Below are positions 11,698 through 23,979 of a stretch of DNA of 53,236 nucleotides, in pieces. The stretch comes from Parasitella parasitica NRRL 2501 (lineage: Eukaryota > Fungi > Mucoromycota), in contig MU619315.1 in the NCBI GenBank assembly GCA_025201805.1, forward strand, positions 93,580-146,815, written 5' to 3'. The notes under the pieces were generated by a model. The model was not told the origin of the DNA. It ran no database searches and worked only from the letters and a program-made list of their open reading frames with translations. The position numbers and the translations under genes are program-made. Numbering within the stretch: position 1 is the stretch's first letter; each line of letters opens with the position of its first letter.

Positions 11698-14600
11698 CTA
11701 TTCTATCATAGCAAGCCATTCGTCCATCGCTGGCTTATCGAGTGCTTGAAAGATATGTGAATCATAGAGGGTATCAATTGTAAAGAGAGTTTTGGGTTTC
11801 TATGTGTTTTGGGCAGATATGAGCAAATGGAAAATTAGAGTCAGAGCTGCTCAACTTACCGTTGCGTCGACTTCAGTATTATCGTGGTGCACACTCTTGA
11901 TTTTTAGGATATCGATCTCGCTTAATTCAGATTGATCAGCATACAAGAAGAGGAAGTGTCTAATTGATGCCAAGTGTTATTGGCTATGAAAACTAGCTAA
12001 AGATATATATGATAGACTTACCTTGTCAGTACACACCAATATTTATCCCAGGCCTCAGCGTTTTCCGAGGCATTTTTACGCATTAGGTATCCTTTTTTGG
12101 TATTTTCTTCAGTTACAGGTATCAGGATTTGATGGGTTTGGGGTATCCAGCGACGCGCAGTCGGTTTGGCTAGTGTTTCTTGGGGAAATATTTGCTCGCT
12201 ACTCATCTTCTTTGTGCTCCAAAGATCGATGATAGCTTGTGCGCTGACAGAGCCTGATTTAGGAGCAGCAGGAGTGCCATACAGACGGTCTAATTGCTCC
12301 TTCAAAAAAAGTTTGTGTCTGAGTGCATCCACCATTTCTCTACGCTGCATCTCTTGGCGCGATTGCTGGCATAATACGCGAGCTGGAGATGCAAGATGCT
12401 GTAGATCTTGACCTCCAGACAAGTCGGCCTTGTAATGTACGGTAAACAAGCTTGTAGTCTGTTTCTTGGTGGGGGATGACTTGGTGAAGAAATTGAGAAT
12501 AAGCGACGAACGCTTGCTGTGTATCTTTTTCTTGATACTGGCAGCTTTTTGCTGGTCTTTGATGTGCACAAAGATATCCTTTTCGAAGCGCAGAGTAGAG
12601 TCAGGACATCGCACAGCCCAACTAAGTGTCAACGCAACTTTTTGTGTATTGGATGTAACGCCGTTTAGTAAACGAGTGTCGTGCAATGAGCTGTCCCAGG
12701 CACAATGAACATTGCTTTCTTTGCCGTTATGGGCGCTTGAAACTATATTAAGAGGGATATTCACATGGCTGACATGGGGTGACTCAACAACGCGATGTTT
12801 GTTATCAACTAGGCGGATATGCCCAATACGCAGGTCAACAATCTTGTCTAATGCTCCTGTGCTCGAGAGAGACAAAACGACGCGACGTTGTTGACCTTGT
12901 TGCAAGAAGAAGGTGTCGTGTTGGCCAAACATTTCGCCAATGGAAGCATGAGCTGGTTCCACAGGCACAGGTTTGTAATCGCCTTCAGGAGTAAGTTCGC
13001 AGATTTGAATTTGAGCAACCACATTTTGCGATTGTTTGCAAGGCATCATGTTGTGTTCAGTTACTTGTTCGTGTACAATCAATTCTTGCAGATAGTCTTG
13101 GCAGGGCTTACCAAACACTTCAAATGTGATGTCCTGAGTCTCTATGATCTGCAGCATTTCCTCGGTAATCGCCATTGACAGGGTTTGGTGATAGTTGAAC
13201 TGAATAGACTCATCAGTGACAGCAATGGTATCGGCAGCAAACACGCCATCCAAATGACTCCCAAAAGTTGAAAGTCTAAACTGAGCATTTACGAGAGAGA
13301 ATTGCTGTGGATTCAATCCAATTAATTCTAGTATGACAATTTCAAACACTAGCTGCTGGCCAACATGAAGCAATTTGCGAGGATTTTCATCTTCAACGGG
13401 AGCATCGTGCTGTTGGCAAGGGTGACGAACCGAGCGAGCAATGGGTGAGATCAAGACCTTGAGATGTCCCATGAGGCGGCCTGTACTGCGACAATGCACA
13501 GATAAGACGCTTTCTACAGGGACTTGTGTTGCCAAGTTGCGTAAGGAGATTTGTGCAAGGCCAACAAGTGTGAATTCAGGTGCTTCATAAAACATATCAT
13601 CACCCTTGATGTATTTTTTGCTATCATCGCTATAAGAAGCACCCGTCAAATATCGAAGACGAGCCATGAATTTCTCTAGAGACCAGACATAGACAGAACC
13701 ATGTTTCCTGTCCACCACCTGCACAGCCATGCAAGGTTTGGCAACTTTGAGTAGATCTGCATCATTGTGCGACATGGCTTGCGCCGAGGCATCATCGTGT
13801 ATAACAGCGTACTGGTAAAAGACGTTTTTGCTGGCTTTGGTGGCCAAAGTGTTGGCCTGGCGCACGAACACGTCGTGAGTGAGCATGGCTTGAGCCATTG
13901 CAACGTTGTGTTGACGTCTCCAATGGTCAACTACTTTCTGTACTACGATGCGCTCTTTTGGTGTAAATTCAATGGGTTGCTGATGTGAGTTCGAGATGCG
14001 GCTATTCAGGCGGTGCAGCTTGGCTTCATATTTTTTACGATGGAGCTCCATATTTTGCTCTAAAAGCGAACAAGACGAAGATACAGTGTTTGCGTCTGTT
14101 GTATAGGAGGTATTGTCGTCGTCCAAGAAGATCGAGGATGTCGTTGTAGAGTAATTGCTGCGAAGTGCTGACGACGATGACGAGCATGTTGACTGACGCT
14201 TGCGGATCACTCGCACCTTGGCAACATCGTCGAACAGCTTATCAAGATCTTCGTTGGTAAAGCTTTCGAACTTGGAGTCATTGATGTATGAATTAAGCAT
14301 TGCTTCACGACGAGCAAAGTTCCAATCCATCACCTCATTTAAGGGGGGTGGCAGTGCTCCGTCGCCAGATGAAGTAGGAGATGGGGGTCCGCATGGGCTA
14401 TCTGCTCTGTTAGTTGGCTGCAGCTGGAGTTGTTGTTGTTCCCGTTCCTTCATTGCTTCGCCAGGATTATTGAAACGGAATACATGGTGATCACCCAAGA
14501 TGATGCGGTAGCCACTTCGGAGACGTTTTGGTTCGGAAATGCGCATGCCATTTACCATGGTGGTACAGTCGAGGCGAGGATAGAGAGTGACAATGTCGTC

Positions 14601-16526
14601 TGTATTATCAAAGTAGCAATGATTTTTGTGAATGTTACTGCCGCTTAATCGAATGGATCCACTGCCGTCTGTTCTTTCCTCCTCTTCATCCTCGACGAGG
14701 CCTTGATCAACGTGTGTGATTCCTGGCTTGATGTTGTACATTAGGCATTCAGACATGAGAGGATCCTCGTTGAGGTTGATCAGATAAGGAACTTCTTTGG
14801 GTGTATACAGACCAACGTTATTCTTTTCAATGGTGATGCCGAGGTGTTTGAGTGATTTCTCTCTATCAATATGGATCTTTTCTGTATTTTGGATTTTTTC
14901 TTCCCATGTCTGGTTCAATTCTCCAAGTAATTTCTCTGTCATTTGCAATTTATCGACCATTTCTTCTTTGGTAAGCTGTGTAGTGTTACCGGAAGCATCA
15001 GTGAAAACTACCGTTGATTTCGAATTGGCTGGGAAAGTTGGCGATAATGAATTCGGTCGTGTTGTTGCAGCAGCGTTGTTGTTTGATAATCGCTTTTTCG
15101 TTGGATGCGCAATAGCTTGAATTTTCTCTACTTCTTCTGGTGCATAAACCATCAGCGCTTGACGCAGCGCGTCGACTTCGTCTTTCAGTTCACGCACAAT
15201 CTTGGCATTTGGATCTTCGTTCACTACAGCTTTGGTCTTTATCTTCTTGGCCTGATCAGCATAGCGCAATGTGCTAATCGTCTCGTCGTAATCGGCAGGC
15301 GAAATCGCAGCAATCATGCAAGTTTTAGAGTTGCCGCCCAGAGAATCTTTGAGAAGCCATGTCAAAACCGAATCACGAAAAGGCACAAAAGCTTCTTTTG
15401 GTTTCTTGCTTTTTTTAGATGTCGATTCAGCTGAGGCTTGTTCAGCGAGTCCTGCGATGACTTTGCCAAGTGTTGTGAGCGATTTGTTGATGTTGGCTCC
15501 TTCTTTTAATCGAACGCCGGTTGCACCAGTGCTGTTTGCACGTTCACTGCCGGCTAAATCAACCAAACTATATATAGATGAATTTTAGTAAAAAAATAAA
15601 ACTTAAATATTCTAATAGGTTTTATGTATTATATACCTAATACGGGCCACTTTATCTGTCACTTGTTTGGTAACTGGATCCAATATCTTTTGCGTAACGA
15701 AAATGGTGAATACAGCATGCGAACGTGAAGATGTCTCGTTCATATTTGTAGCTGCGACCGTGCGAGCTTTGTTGCCTTCGTCCATAAGCTGATCAATGTT
15801 TTCAAAAGAGTTGACAGCAAGACGTGATAGATCTTGTACATATGGTCCCAAGACCGGGTGCTCTCTGACTTTAAGGTTGCTTTTGTTTCGAGGATTCAGC
15901 AGATCACGCACTTTTTCGTTGTAAATTTCGATGTATGAGACTTCCACCTGAAAGTCTAACGATTCTGTTTTCGTAGAGCTAATTCGATCGAATAATTCTG
16001 AGCAGGTTCTAGGAATGACACCTTTGTCCTCACCATAACCCATCTATTTTAAATGCTTAATTTAGCTGTGTAACGGCAATATATGTATGTACATGTGCAC
16101 ATACCATAGAATAAGATTTACCAGAACCAGTCTGACCATCTGCTACAAATGTTAGTAAAATAGGAACACATACAAAGCAAACATGACACTTTACAAGCAA
16201 ATAGACAGCAATTGTATCCATTGAATGCATGATCCAGCAATTCTCTACCGAGGTCATTATAAACAAGTTCCTGATCTGCGAAATTGTCGTCGTCTTTATC
16301 CGCAGACCAATAAGATTGATCAAAAGTGAACGCTTTTGGATCTTCTGCTGAGCCAGGTGGTTTGCTGATGATGGTTTTATTGCCTTCCATACGAATAAGA
16401 CAAGGCGCACCTCGAGCCTTTTCTATTTGATATTGTTAGCAGGATTCAACAACAATGAAATCATTAGGTACCTCGAGCATTTAGTGGTCTACAACGCACG
16501 ACAACTTTAATATTACTTCCACTCAT
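11698..16526 (-). CDS. Kinesin-3 (Unc104/KIF1-like): motor, FHA, stalk and C-terminal PH domain; multi-exon
   Basis: Start [18 protein letters not shown]. Motifs [20 protein letters not shown] and VDLAGSERA; FHA region ([16 protein letters not shown]...FRFNNP); PH end (KKGYL...WDKYWCVL...[10 protein letters not shown]). Last exons reconstructed by eye to TAG at 11698-11700. Confidence 0.95.
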
Positions 16527-16977
16527 GTCGAATAATATAAATTATTGGCTGTCAAGATGATGTTTGTTTTGCTATTGTGTCAAAAAAAGAAATTTTGAAT
16601 GATAAAAAAAAAATAAAAAATAAAAAAAAAGTTAAAAAGAAAGAAAGAAGCACACATGAAAAACTGTACATTATAATTGCTTCAAAAGCAGTAACCGAGG
16701 GGGTCTTTCAAGCGATTAAACAGATTTGGAAGGTGCTTGCAAACAGCAGATTAATATGAATTAAAATAATAATGTAAACCAGGCTGAGTATAGCCCCTTT
16801 CTCCGACTGTGCCTCTGCCTCTTTCTCTTCCTCTATCTCTGTCTTTCTCTCGCTCTTTAATTCCACATGGATCAACTCCTATACTACATGTCTTTCACGG
16901 AAAATACAGGAGTATGCTTTTTTTTTTTTATACTATTTATAGTGTATTATAAATAGTAAAGCACTTTCTTTTTTTTT

Positions 16978-17763
16978 TTATTTCTTGGTAGCATTATTAG
17001 CAGCTGTGGCTAGCTTCTTTAGATCACTACCAATCACTTCGCTCTTGCCACTGCTATAAAAATTCAACAGACATTCCAACTTCCATTTTTTCCAAATCTC
17101 TTGAGAAGGAAATCCCATCTTCTCCCACTCTTCTTCTTCTCCCATTTCTTCATCTTCTTGGTCGTCATCCTCCTGGTCAATCTGATCTTCATAGCGTAGC
17201 ATAAAATTAGGTCGGTGATCTGTAGACAATTCGCTGATAAAATTAGCTGCGTCTACAGCCAACCGATCATGACGTTCCAGTAACTGATTCCACTGATTCA
17301 ATTGACTGTAAATAAGCTGCTCGTCATCTGCATTATGAGACATCTGGCTGGTAGTAGTTGCGTTATTGTTATCCGATAATAATTCCTGGGCAATCGTCGC
17401 TTGAGTCTCTGCTTCCAGTTTTTCTATATCTGGAATGAGTTTGGTTCTTAATAAAACACTCAAAATGTTGGTTTCTTGTTCAGTAGTTGTGGGTATATAA
17501 GGATGTACCATGAGCTTAGGCAAAGTAGCATTGCTGGCCTTCTCTGTATAGTTGTAAAAGTCTTCAGAGAGGGACGCGAACTTTGCTGTCAGCATGTTGA
17601 ATTTATTTAGTAAATCTGGCCATGTAAAAGGAAATTTGGGTTCTTTTAAATAAGTGAGATGAGTAGAAAACGTCTCTTGAAGTGACCATAATTTCCCCCG
17701 GAGAGCCTCTAGTTCTTGGTATGTGTTTGGGTCAAGCTGTGCCTGCAGTTGTGATGGTTCCAT
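16978..17763 (-). CDS. MED8: Mediator of RNA polymerase II transcription subunit 8
   Basis: Single-exon 261-aa ORF with LEALRGKL, WPDLLNKFNML and LMVHP...LSVLLRTKLIPDIE, characteristic of Med8. Acidic C-terminal stretch. Confidence 0.85.
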   Translation of the reverse strand: MEPSQLQAQLDPNTYQELEALRGKLWSLQETFSTHLTYLKEPKFPFTWPDLLNKFNMLTAKFASLSEDFYNYTEKASNATLPKLMVHPYIPTTTEQETNILSVLLRTKLIPDIEKLEAETQATIAQELLSDNNNATTTSQMSHNADDEQLIYSQLNQWNQLLERHDRLAVDAANFISELSTDHRPNFMLRYEDQIDQEDDDQEDEEMGEEEEWEKMGFPSQEIWKKWKLECLLNFYSSGKSEVIGSDLKKLATAANNATKK

Positions 17764-18962
17764 TGTTGTTGTAGGGAAAAAAGGAAGAGTGGATGCTGCT
17801 CAGTTGGATGTTGCTGCAGAACTTATTTCAATGTCCGATCTTTCTTTTTCTTTTTCTTGTTCAAAATGTCCAGATTTGACATTCGCGAGTCTGTTTTTTA
17901 CAAAAATCTAAATAAATTGAATATAAAGTATGCAGGGCTCACTTAATTATAATCGTATAGAATTCAAATGCGGTTCAAATTATGGTATTTGCATACACAA
18001 TTTGTACTAAAACTTTTGAGTAAACTGCGATATTTGAAAAAGCAGTTATTTCACAAAAATCTGCATCGAGTATATGTAATGGCCAAGTAAATGATTTGAT
18101 GTAAGAATTGACGGCATTTTGGTCATTTTTGGCTTTGGAATAGCATATCAAAAAATTATTTTTTGTGGCTGATTTCCGGAAAATTAGTTTTTACGCTTGT
18201 TCGCCCTTGTCCTAGCAAGGAGAAAAAATAAGATTTTTAGTGAATTTTCATAAGCGACAAAAAAAAATCTTACAAGTGCTATAGTATATGAATACTGATT
18301 GCCAATAATAGTTCTGGCTAATTCCGAGGCCACTACGGCTTGAAAAAGTGGCTCAAATTGACCTTTAAAGTTACTAGTTTTTATGTGATTTTGGGTATAG
18401 AAATCATCGTACACACCCTGCATGGCTAATCCCAAGACACGAATTGAATAGAAAAAGTAGCTGAAGGCTGGGTAACGTGCTTGGGCTCAGATGCTGCAAC
18501 TTTTATATTGGTGCTGTGGCAAAGCTGCTCTATTTTCAGCCATAAACTAGCATAAATATTCATGCATAGATAATCCGTAGTAAATAATTGCGACATTGAT
18601 CCATGTTGCCAAGTACAAATGAGCAGTAATTGATATAAAAAAGATGGGCGATATACTTTGATATACATCTAACTGCATAACCTACCATTCTCCGATACCA
18701 GGATATGGATAAAAATATTCAACAAAACTCTGATTCGGATCCCAAGTGCTTGAAATCATTGACTTATGGTTAGGCCAGTTTCTAAAATGCGACTCACCAT
18801 AAATTGCTACACATGAGGTGTGTAAGAAAAAAGGAATAGACCACGAGCTTTATGTTGAATAATTTATTTTAATATGATGTTTTTGATATGTGTGTGCGTG
18901 TGTGGATAAAAATACAATAAATTTATATATAAGGGACAGAGGGAAATACAATACAAGGCTCG

Positions 18963-19360
18963 TTAGCTTTGCTCTTGTTGCTGCTGTTGAATGGTATCCT
19001 TTGCTGCTTTTATCAGAGGGGTTAAAGTATACAGAGGGTCTGCCTTGCGTAGAAAAGGATGTCGTAGTAATTCGTCCGCAGTAGGCCTGAATGAAGGGTC
19101 CACCTGAAGACAAAGAAACAGAAAGTCTCTAAAGATATCACTCAAGGACTCAGGGTTCTGCAAATCAGGAGTACCATTGTTTGCAATCAGATAAAGTGCG
19201 CGCAATGGATTTTCATTCAGATAAGGTGGCTCGCCCTCGATCATCTCAATTGCTAAGATACCCAATGACCAAATGTCTACTTTTTGGTCGTAAGCCTTCC
19301 TAGTTACAACTTCTGGAGCCATCTACAATTTGTATATAAAGAGAAGATTAGCATTTACTC

Positions 19361-19392
<32 letters not shown>

Positions 19393-21223
19393 NNNNNNNN
19401 NNTTTTGCCATTCTTTACCCAATATGGTGTGCCAACGAGTGTAGTACGTTTTGATGTAGGTTCATGCAATTGTGCGCAAAAACCAAAATCAGCTGTTCGA
19501 AATTGACAGACATTACTCTCTAGGTCATGAAAGATCCAGTAAAAGACTTACTTAATTTGATATCGCCTTTCATGCTCAACAGTACATTATCACTTTTGAT
19601 GTCTCTGTGAATCACGCCATTTGCATGAAGATGCTTAAGACCTTCAAGCACTTCCTTGCAGATAGCAGCGATTTGACCTTCCATAATCAAGTTACATGTA
19701 ACAACGTCAGTAAGACTTCCGCCCTCCATATATTCCATTACAACCCATAGATCTCCATTCCAAAGATAAGATTCGATAAAATTGACAATATTTTTTTGCT
19801 GAGACCGCTTCATCACCATAATCTCATTGATGATTAGCTCTTTTTTGGGTTGTTTATCCAAGTTCATCTGTTTGATGGCTACAGGATTGGCATAATTTTG
19901 TTGCCTATGAGCAATAAAGACACCGCCAGAAGCACTAGTATTAAACAGGATTAACTACATGATTTCCTACCATATGAACGGCTTACCCTTGTCCAATCTT
20001 AACCATATTAGAGTAAATCAACATAGGATCCGTGTTTAAGCATAGTTGTTTTAGCTTACGAATAATATCTTTATCTTCCATGCTCTTTTTTTTGCTTTTG
20101 GGTCTCGATTTAACAGTGCCAGGAGGTCCAATTGTTGATAATAAAGGTGGCTCGTTTTTCATGGATATCAATTGAGGCAAATCCATCTCCCTATCCCCAA
20201 TTGAAGCAGTAGATTCAGAGTTGATAGAATAAACGTCGTCGACGAATTCTTTATGCCAATAAATATTAGTTTCTTCAGGTTTCAACTAACATACAAAGTG
20301 TGACATTTACCATCTTCTGGCAACTTGTTACTTACAGGTACAACATGGTCATGAGTTCCTGTTTTCGTAGCTGACGTTGCTGCTGTAGTTGTTGTAATTT
20401 TTTTTGCTGTATTTGCAGAGACCTTTTAAAAATAAATTTAACGACTCATACAAATTCTTGCAAATTTCGTTTCTTACCAACCCATCGCTATTTTCCTCTT
20501 TAGATTTTGTAATGCGCAGTGTAGAGAAACGTCGAAGCGTCTTTTTGAAGCTTTCGCTCGTGGACATTTTTGGTTCTTGCTGTGATTCATCTTCATTTGT
20601 ACTGGCTGAAGCACTAGACGTCGTCTTTGGTATTTTATCCCATACCCCGTCTTCAATCGTATGCTGTGTAGCATCTTGCAAGAATTCGATTGCATGAATG
20701 ACAGCCTAGGTCGGTAACAACTTAGCACCATATTAGCATTGATAGCCTGCGGTATATTTACCTGTGGATTGTTCTCTTGCTCTTGCTTTGTGATACCACT
20801 TTGTGTAAGCAAGTTTTGCCACTCTCCAGGAAGGCCCGTAAATTCACCTGTATCAGAATCAAATCCAACATGTGTAACATGAACTGTATTATAAGGTGTT
20901 GATATATCCATTGGTGGTGATGGGGGCGACGATGTATTGTTGCTATCCTTTGATAAAAAATCTATTTGTTCAATATTTCAGTACCTGACCAAGGAAAAAT
21001 GTTGTCATTGACTACTACCGTTGAAGTTTCCCATGAATTTATCAATCACACCTTTGAACTTTGTTCTTTCTCGAGGCTTTTCGGTGCTCGCGAAGGGAAG
21101 TCTACTATGGCCATTAATAAAGAGCGAAGCAGGAGATTGCAATAATGTGGAGGGTATTTGCTCCCCATTTTGGGACGAATTAGAGCCAAAATTAGTTGTT
21201 ACTAGTTTGGGTGATCTTGACAT
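18963..21223 (-). CDS. STE20: p21-activated kinase (Ste20-like PAK): CRIB domain plus Ser/Thr kinase; multi-exon
   Basis: [27 protein letters not shown]. Kinase motifs [41 protein letters not shown] and [17 protein letters not shown]. No PH domain seen. Confidence 0.93.
19393..19402. other. Assembly gap (10 N) next to a poly-T tract inside a PAK intron
   Basis: Run of n characters. Confidence 0.99.
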
Positions 21224-21670
21224 GCTTCAGCAATAAAATGTTTGTGTTCAAGGGATGTAATGTTTGTAAAAAGGGGTAAAAAAATAAAGGGACCGAGAAA
21301 AAAACAACCGAAAGAAAGAGAGGGGGGAAAAAGAAAATCAAAGAAATCGATTTAGAACCACTCAAAATATAAATGGAAACTAGAATAATTGAATGTATCA
21401 CTTTCTTTTTTTGTAGATGCTTGCAAATTTAAACACGCAATAAGAAACAGAAGGATATATGATCAAAGAGTACACTGACACTGAGGAGTATATTGTCGTC
21501 ATTTCAAAACACAGCAACGCTTTCCATGCCATAAACTTCACATTGGGAATAGAAAAACAGAAACAGGAAAAAAAAAAAAAAAAAAGTCGTCTGATTATTT
21601 CCCGCACAGGTAGATAGTATCCTACAGAGCCAGCTTTTTCTTCATACACATATATTTTCCTATATTCAAC

Positions 21671-22306
21671 ATGTCAATAAATTCTACTAAACCTCGAAGA
21701 GTATTGATTGGTTATGACCATTCTGTTGTATCTAATGCAGCTATGGAATGGATTGTCAATAAACGAGCTGTGTTTGCTGATGATGAAATTACGCTGGCTA
21801 TTATTGTCAATGATGATGCGATAGCAGTTGAGGGAACATTTGGTTTAGAAGCATCAGTGGCTGGTCCTGCAGGTTGGCTAGCAGACGATTACAGAGAGCG
21901 TGTATCCAAAGTAGAAAGGGATTCAACTAAAGCATTGAATGCTGTAGTGACATGGTTTGCTAGTAAAGGAGTAAGTTTTTTGATTAATGTATCATTCTCA
22001 AACTGATATAATAATCATACAATAGATCACAGTTAGCCCGAGAATTTTAAGTGGTGAACCAGGAGAAACCTTGAAAGATTTCGCAGAAGCAAATCAAGTC
22101 GATCTGGTGATTGTTGGTAGTCGAGGATTAGGTTTTCTTAAGAGGTAAATAAAATAACATGTTTGATTCTCGAGATAAATGTACTCATCTTAAAAAACAG
22201 ACAATTTATTGGGTCTGTATCTGATTACTTGATTCATCACTTGAAATGTTCTGTACTTGTGGTCAAAGATGATTGTAATAGCAAGGATGAAACCATTCTA
22301 ACTTGA
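21671..22306 (+). CDS. Universal stress protein (UspA family); 3 exons
   Basis: RRVLIGYDHS at the N-terminus. Spliced C-terminus GEPGETL...VDLVIVGSRGLGFLKRQFIGSVSDYLIHHLKCSVLVVK carries the G-2x-G-9x-GS ATP-binding motif. Stop at 22304-22306. Confidence 0.92.
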
Positions 22307-22518
22307 TGTAAATTTTTAAAAAAAAACAAATTCCATATAATGATGTTATGGAGCACAAGAGCCTTTTACATATACTGCATGACGAGTCAAATTTAGAAAC
22401 TGCATAGTCAACAAATTAAGCCTTGCTGTATTAATAAATAAACAATGATCAAAAATCGTAGATATATAAGGAGGGAGAAAATGAATCTGTCTTCTTTTTT
22501 GCTATATCTTCATGCGTA

Positions 22519-22755
22519 ATGCTCAATTATAATCATCGTCGTACTACATCTGATGCTTCTACTACCTCTAATTGGTCTTGCGAATCTTACAACACAAATT
22601 CACATTCTTTTCTATTAAACGAGCCATCAAGGCAGGTCAATGTCAAGTTTTCCAAAGTCATTATTGTCAACGATACAACCACTGCTTATATCATGAAGGA
22701 CCCAGCAATGCCCGGTTCAACAAAGGACGTCATTGATCGTTACTATTCAAGTTAA
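22519..22755 (+). CDS. Small hypothetical protein (78 aa)
   Basis: ATG-started ORF with host-like codon usage, TATATAA at about 22463, pyrimidine-rich leader and AATAAA downstream. No recognisable domain. Confidence 0.55.
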   Translation: MLNYNHRRTTSDASTTSNWSCESYNTNSHSFLLNEPSRQVNVKFSKVIIVNDTTTAYIMKDPAMPGSTKDVIDRYYSS

Positions 22756-22982
22756 TTTGTATACAACATGAATAGCAAACAACTTTATACAATCATATTC
22801 TGTAAATAATTTCCAAATTTCATGTAATAAAATTTTGCTAGGGATGTTAAACATCGATTCAAATTGAATAACTTGTATAGTTTATTTTTTATAAATAGTT
22901 TAGATAGCATTTATTCCGAGCTTTACTTAATAAAGGAACCCTTGAAGCGTATTTATTACACAAGCACGATTGATTGTTAACT

Positions 22983-23979
22983 TTAGTAGTAATTTATTTT
23001 TGGGACCTTTTCATCTAGTGTGTTCTGTTTTGCCCACTCTTCGCCTTCTTTGGTCATCCTTTTACCCAGATACCCAGAAAATCCAACAGTAGCAGTTGTC
23101 ATACCAACCACAACAGCAATTATCATAATATTGCTGTATAGGATGATTTGATCTATTGTCAAGCTGCTTTTAATCATGATGACTTTGGCAACAAATTCAG
23201 CCATTAAAAGAATCCCCCAGGCAGCACAAATAACATGGCAAAATTTACGATAAAATGGACTCCCTTGCCATATCCATTCTGACCTCTCCATTGACTGACT
23301 GTTTCCTTCTTTATCTTCTACTGCACTGGTGGCTGGTCAATTAGCATTTGCTTTGTGAATAAGAAGATTACAGGACGGATAATAAACCATTTCGTGCGAA
23401 GAGGAATAAGAGTAAGCAGAAAGAGCACACTGACTACGGCTGTCACTGTAGAATCACGCAGCAAGGTCAATCGAGCATCACCTTTATGTAAATTAGAAAT
23501 ATTTTCTTTGTGATATACCAATTTGGCTTACCACTTATAGCTGATAATATTGCTGATATAATAAAGCCTGCAACAAAAATACAGCCTAATATATCGACAC
23601 GGCGTTTTTTCCAGAATACAAAAAATACATGTAGTAAAGGTGGTACACCAGATATAATTAAAGCTACAAGAGGGCTAAGCCATATTTTCAACAAATAATA
23701 AAGTGCTAATGGGATGCCAACATTAATGAAAAGCATGACCACAATTGGTCGCAGATAAGACCAATATAGTTTTATGATTTGCATTGAAGTTGGTTTCTGT
23801 TCTTCTTCCTGTTTTTGTGTATCATTGTTATTCTCGATACCCACTTCCTCGTCAACTGAAATCAATGAGGATGCACCAGATTTTGAATGCTGCTCTTGTT
23901 GGCGAATATGTTCATGATTTGAGTTACTCAGGTATTCTTTGGGGTCACTTTTTTTGGGACATTGTTGCATTTTGTACAT
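22983..23979 (-). pseudogene. VC0807-family multi-pass membrane protein with an apparent 1-nt frameshift near 23319 (pseudogene or assembly error)
   Basis: LFINVGIPLALYYLLK..ALIISGVPP..RRVDILG..ISG|DARLTLLRDS..RPVIF..FYRKFCHVICAAWGILLMAEF. One intron at about 23482-23531. At CAG TA GAA GAT AAA GAA GGA the frame shifts with no room for an intron. Confidence 0.7.

Noticed and set aside
3806-16410. Many alternative-frame and antisense ORFs overlapping the ATPase, F-box and kinesin genes
   Set aside because: Shadow ORFs of real coding sequence with no independent motifs.
17930-18423. ATGCAGGG...CCCTGCAT inverted pair suggesting a hAT/MITE element
   Set aside because: Only 8 bp match and there is no target-site duplication.
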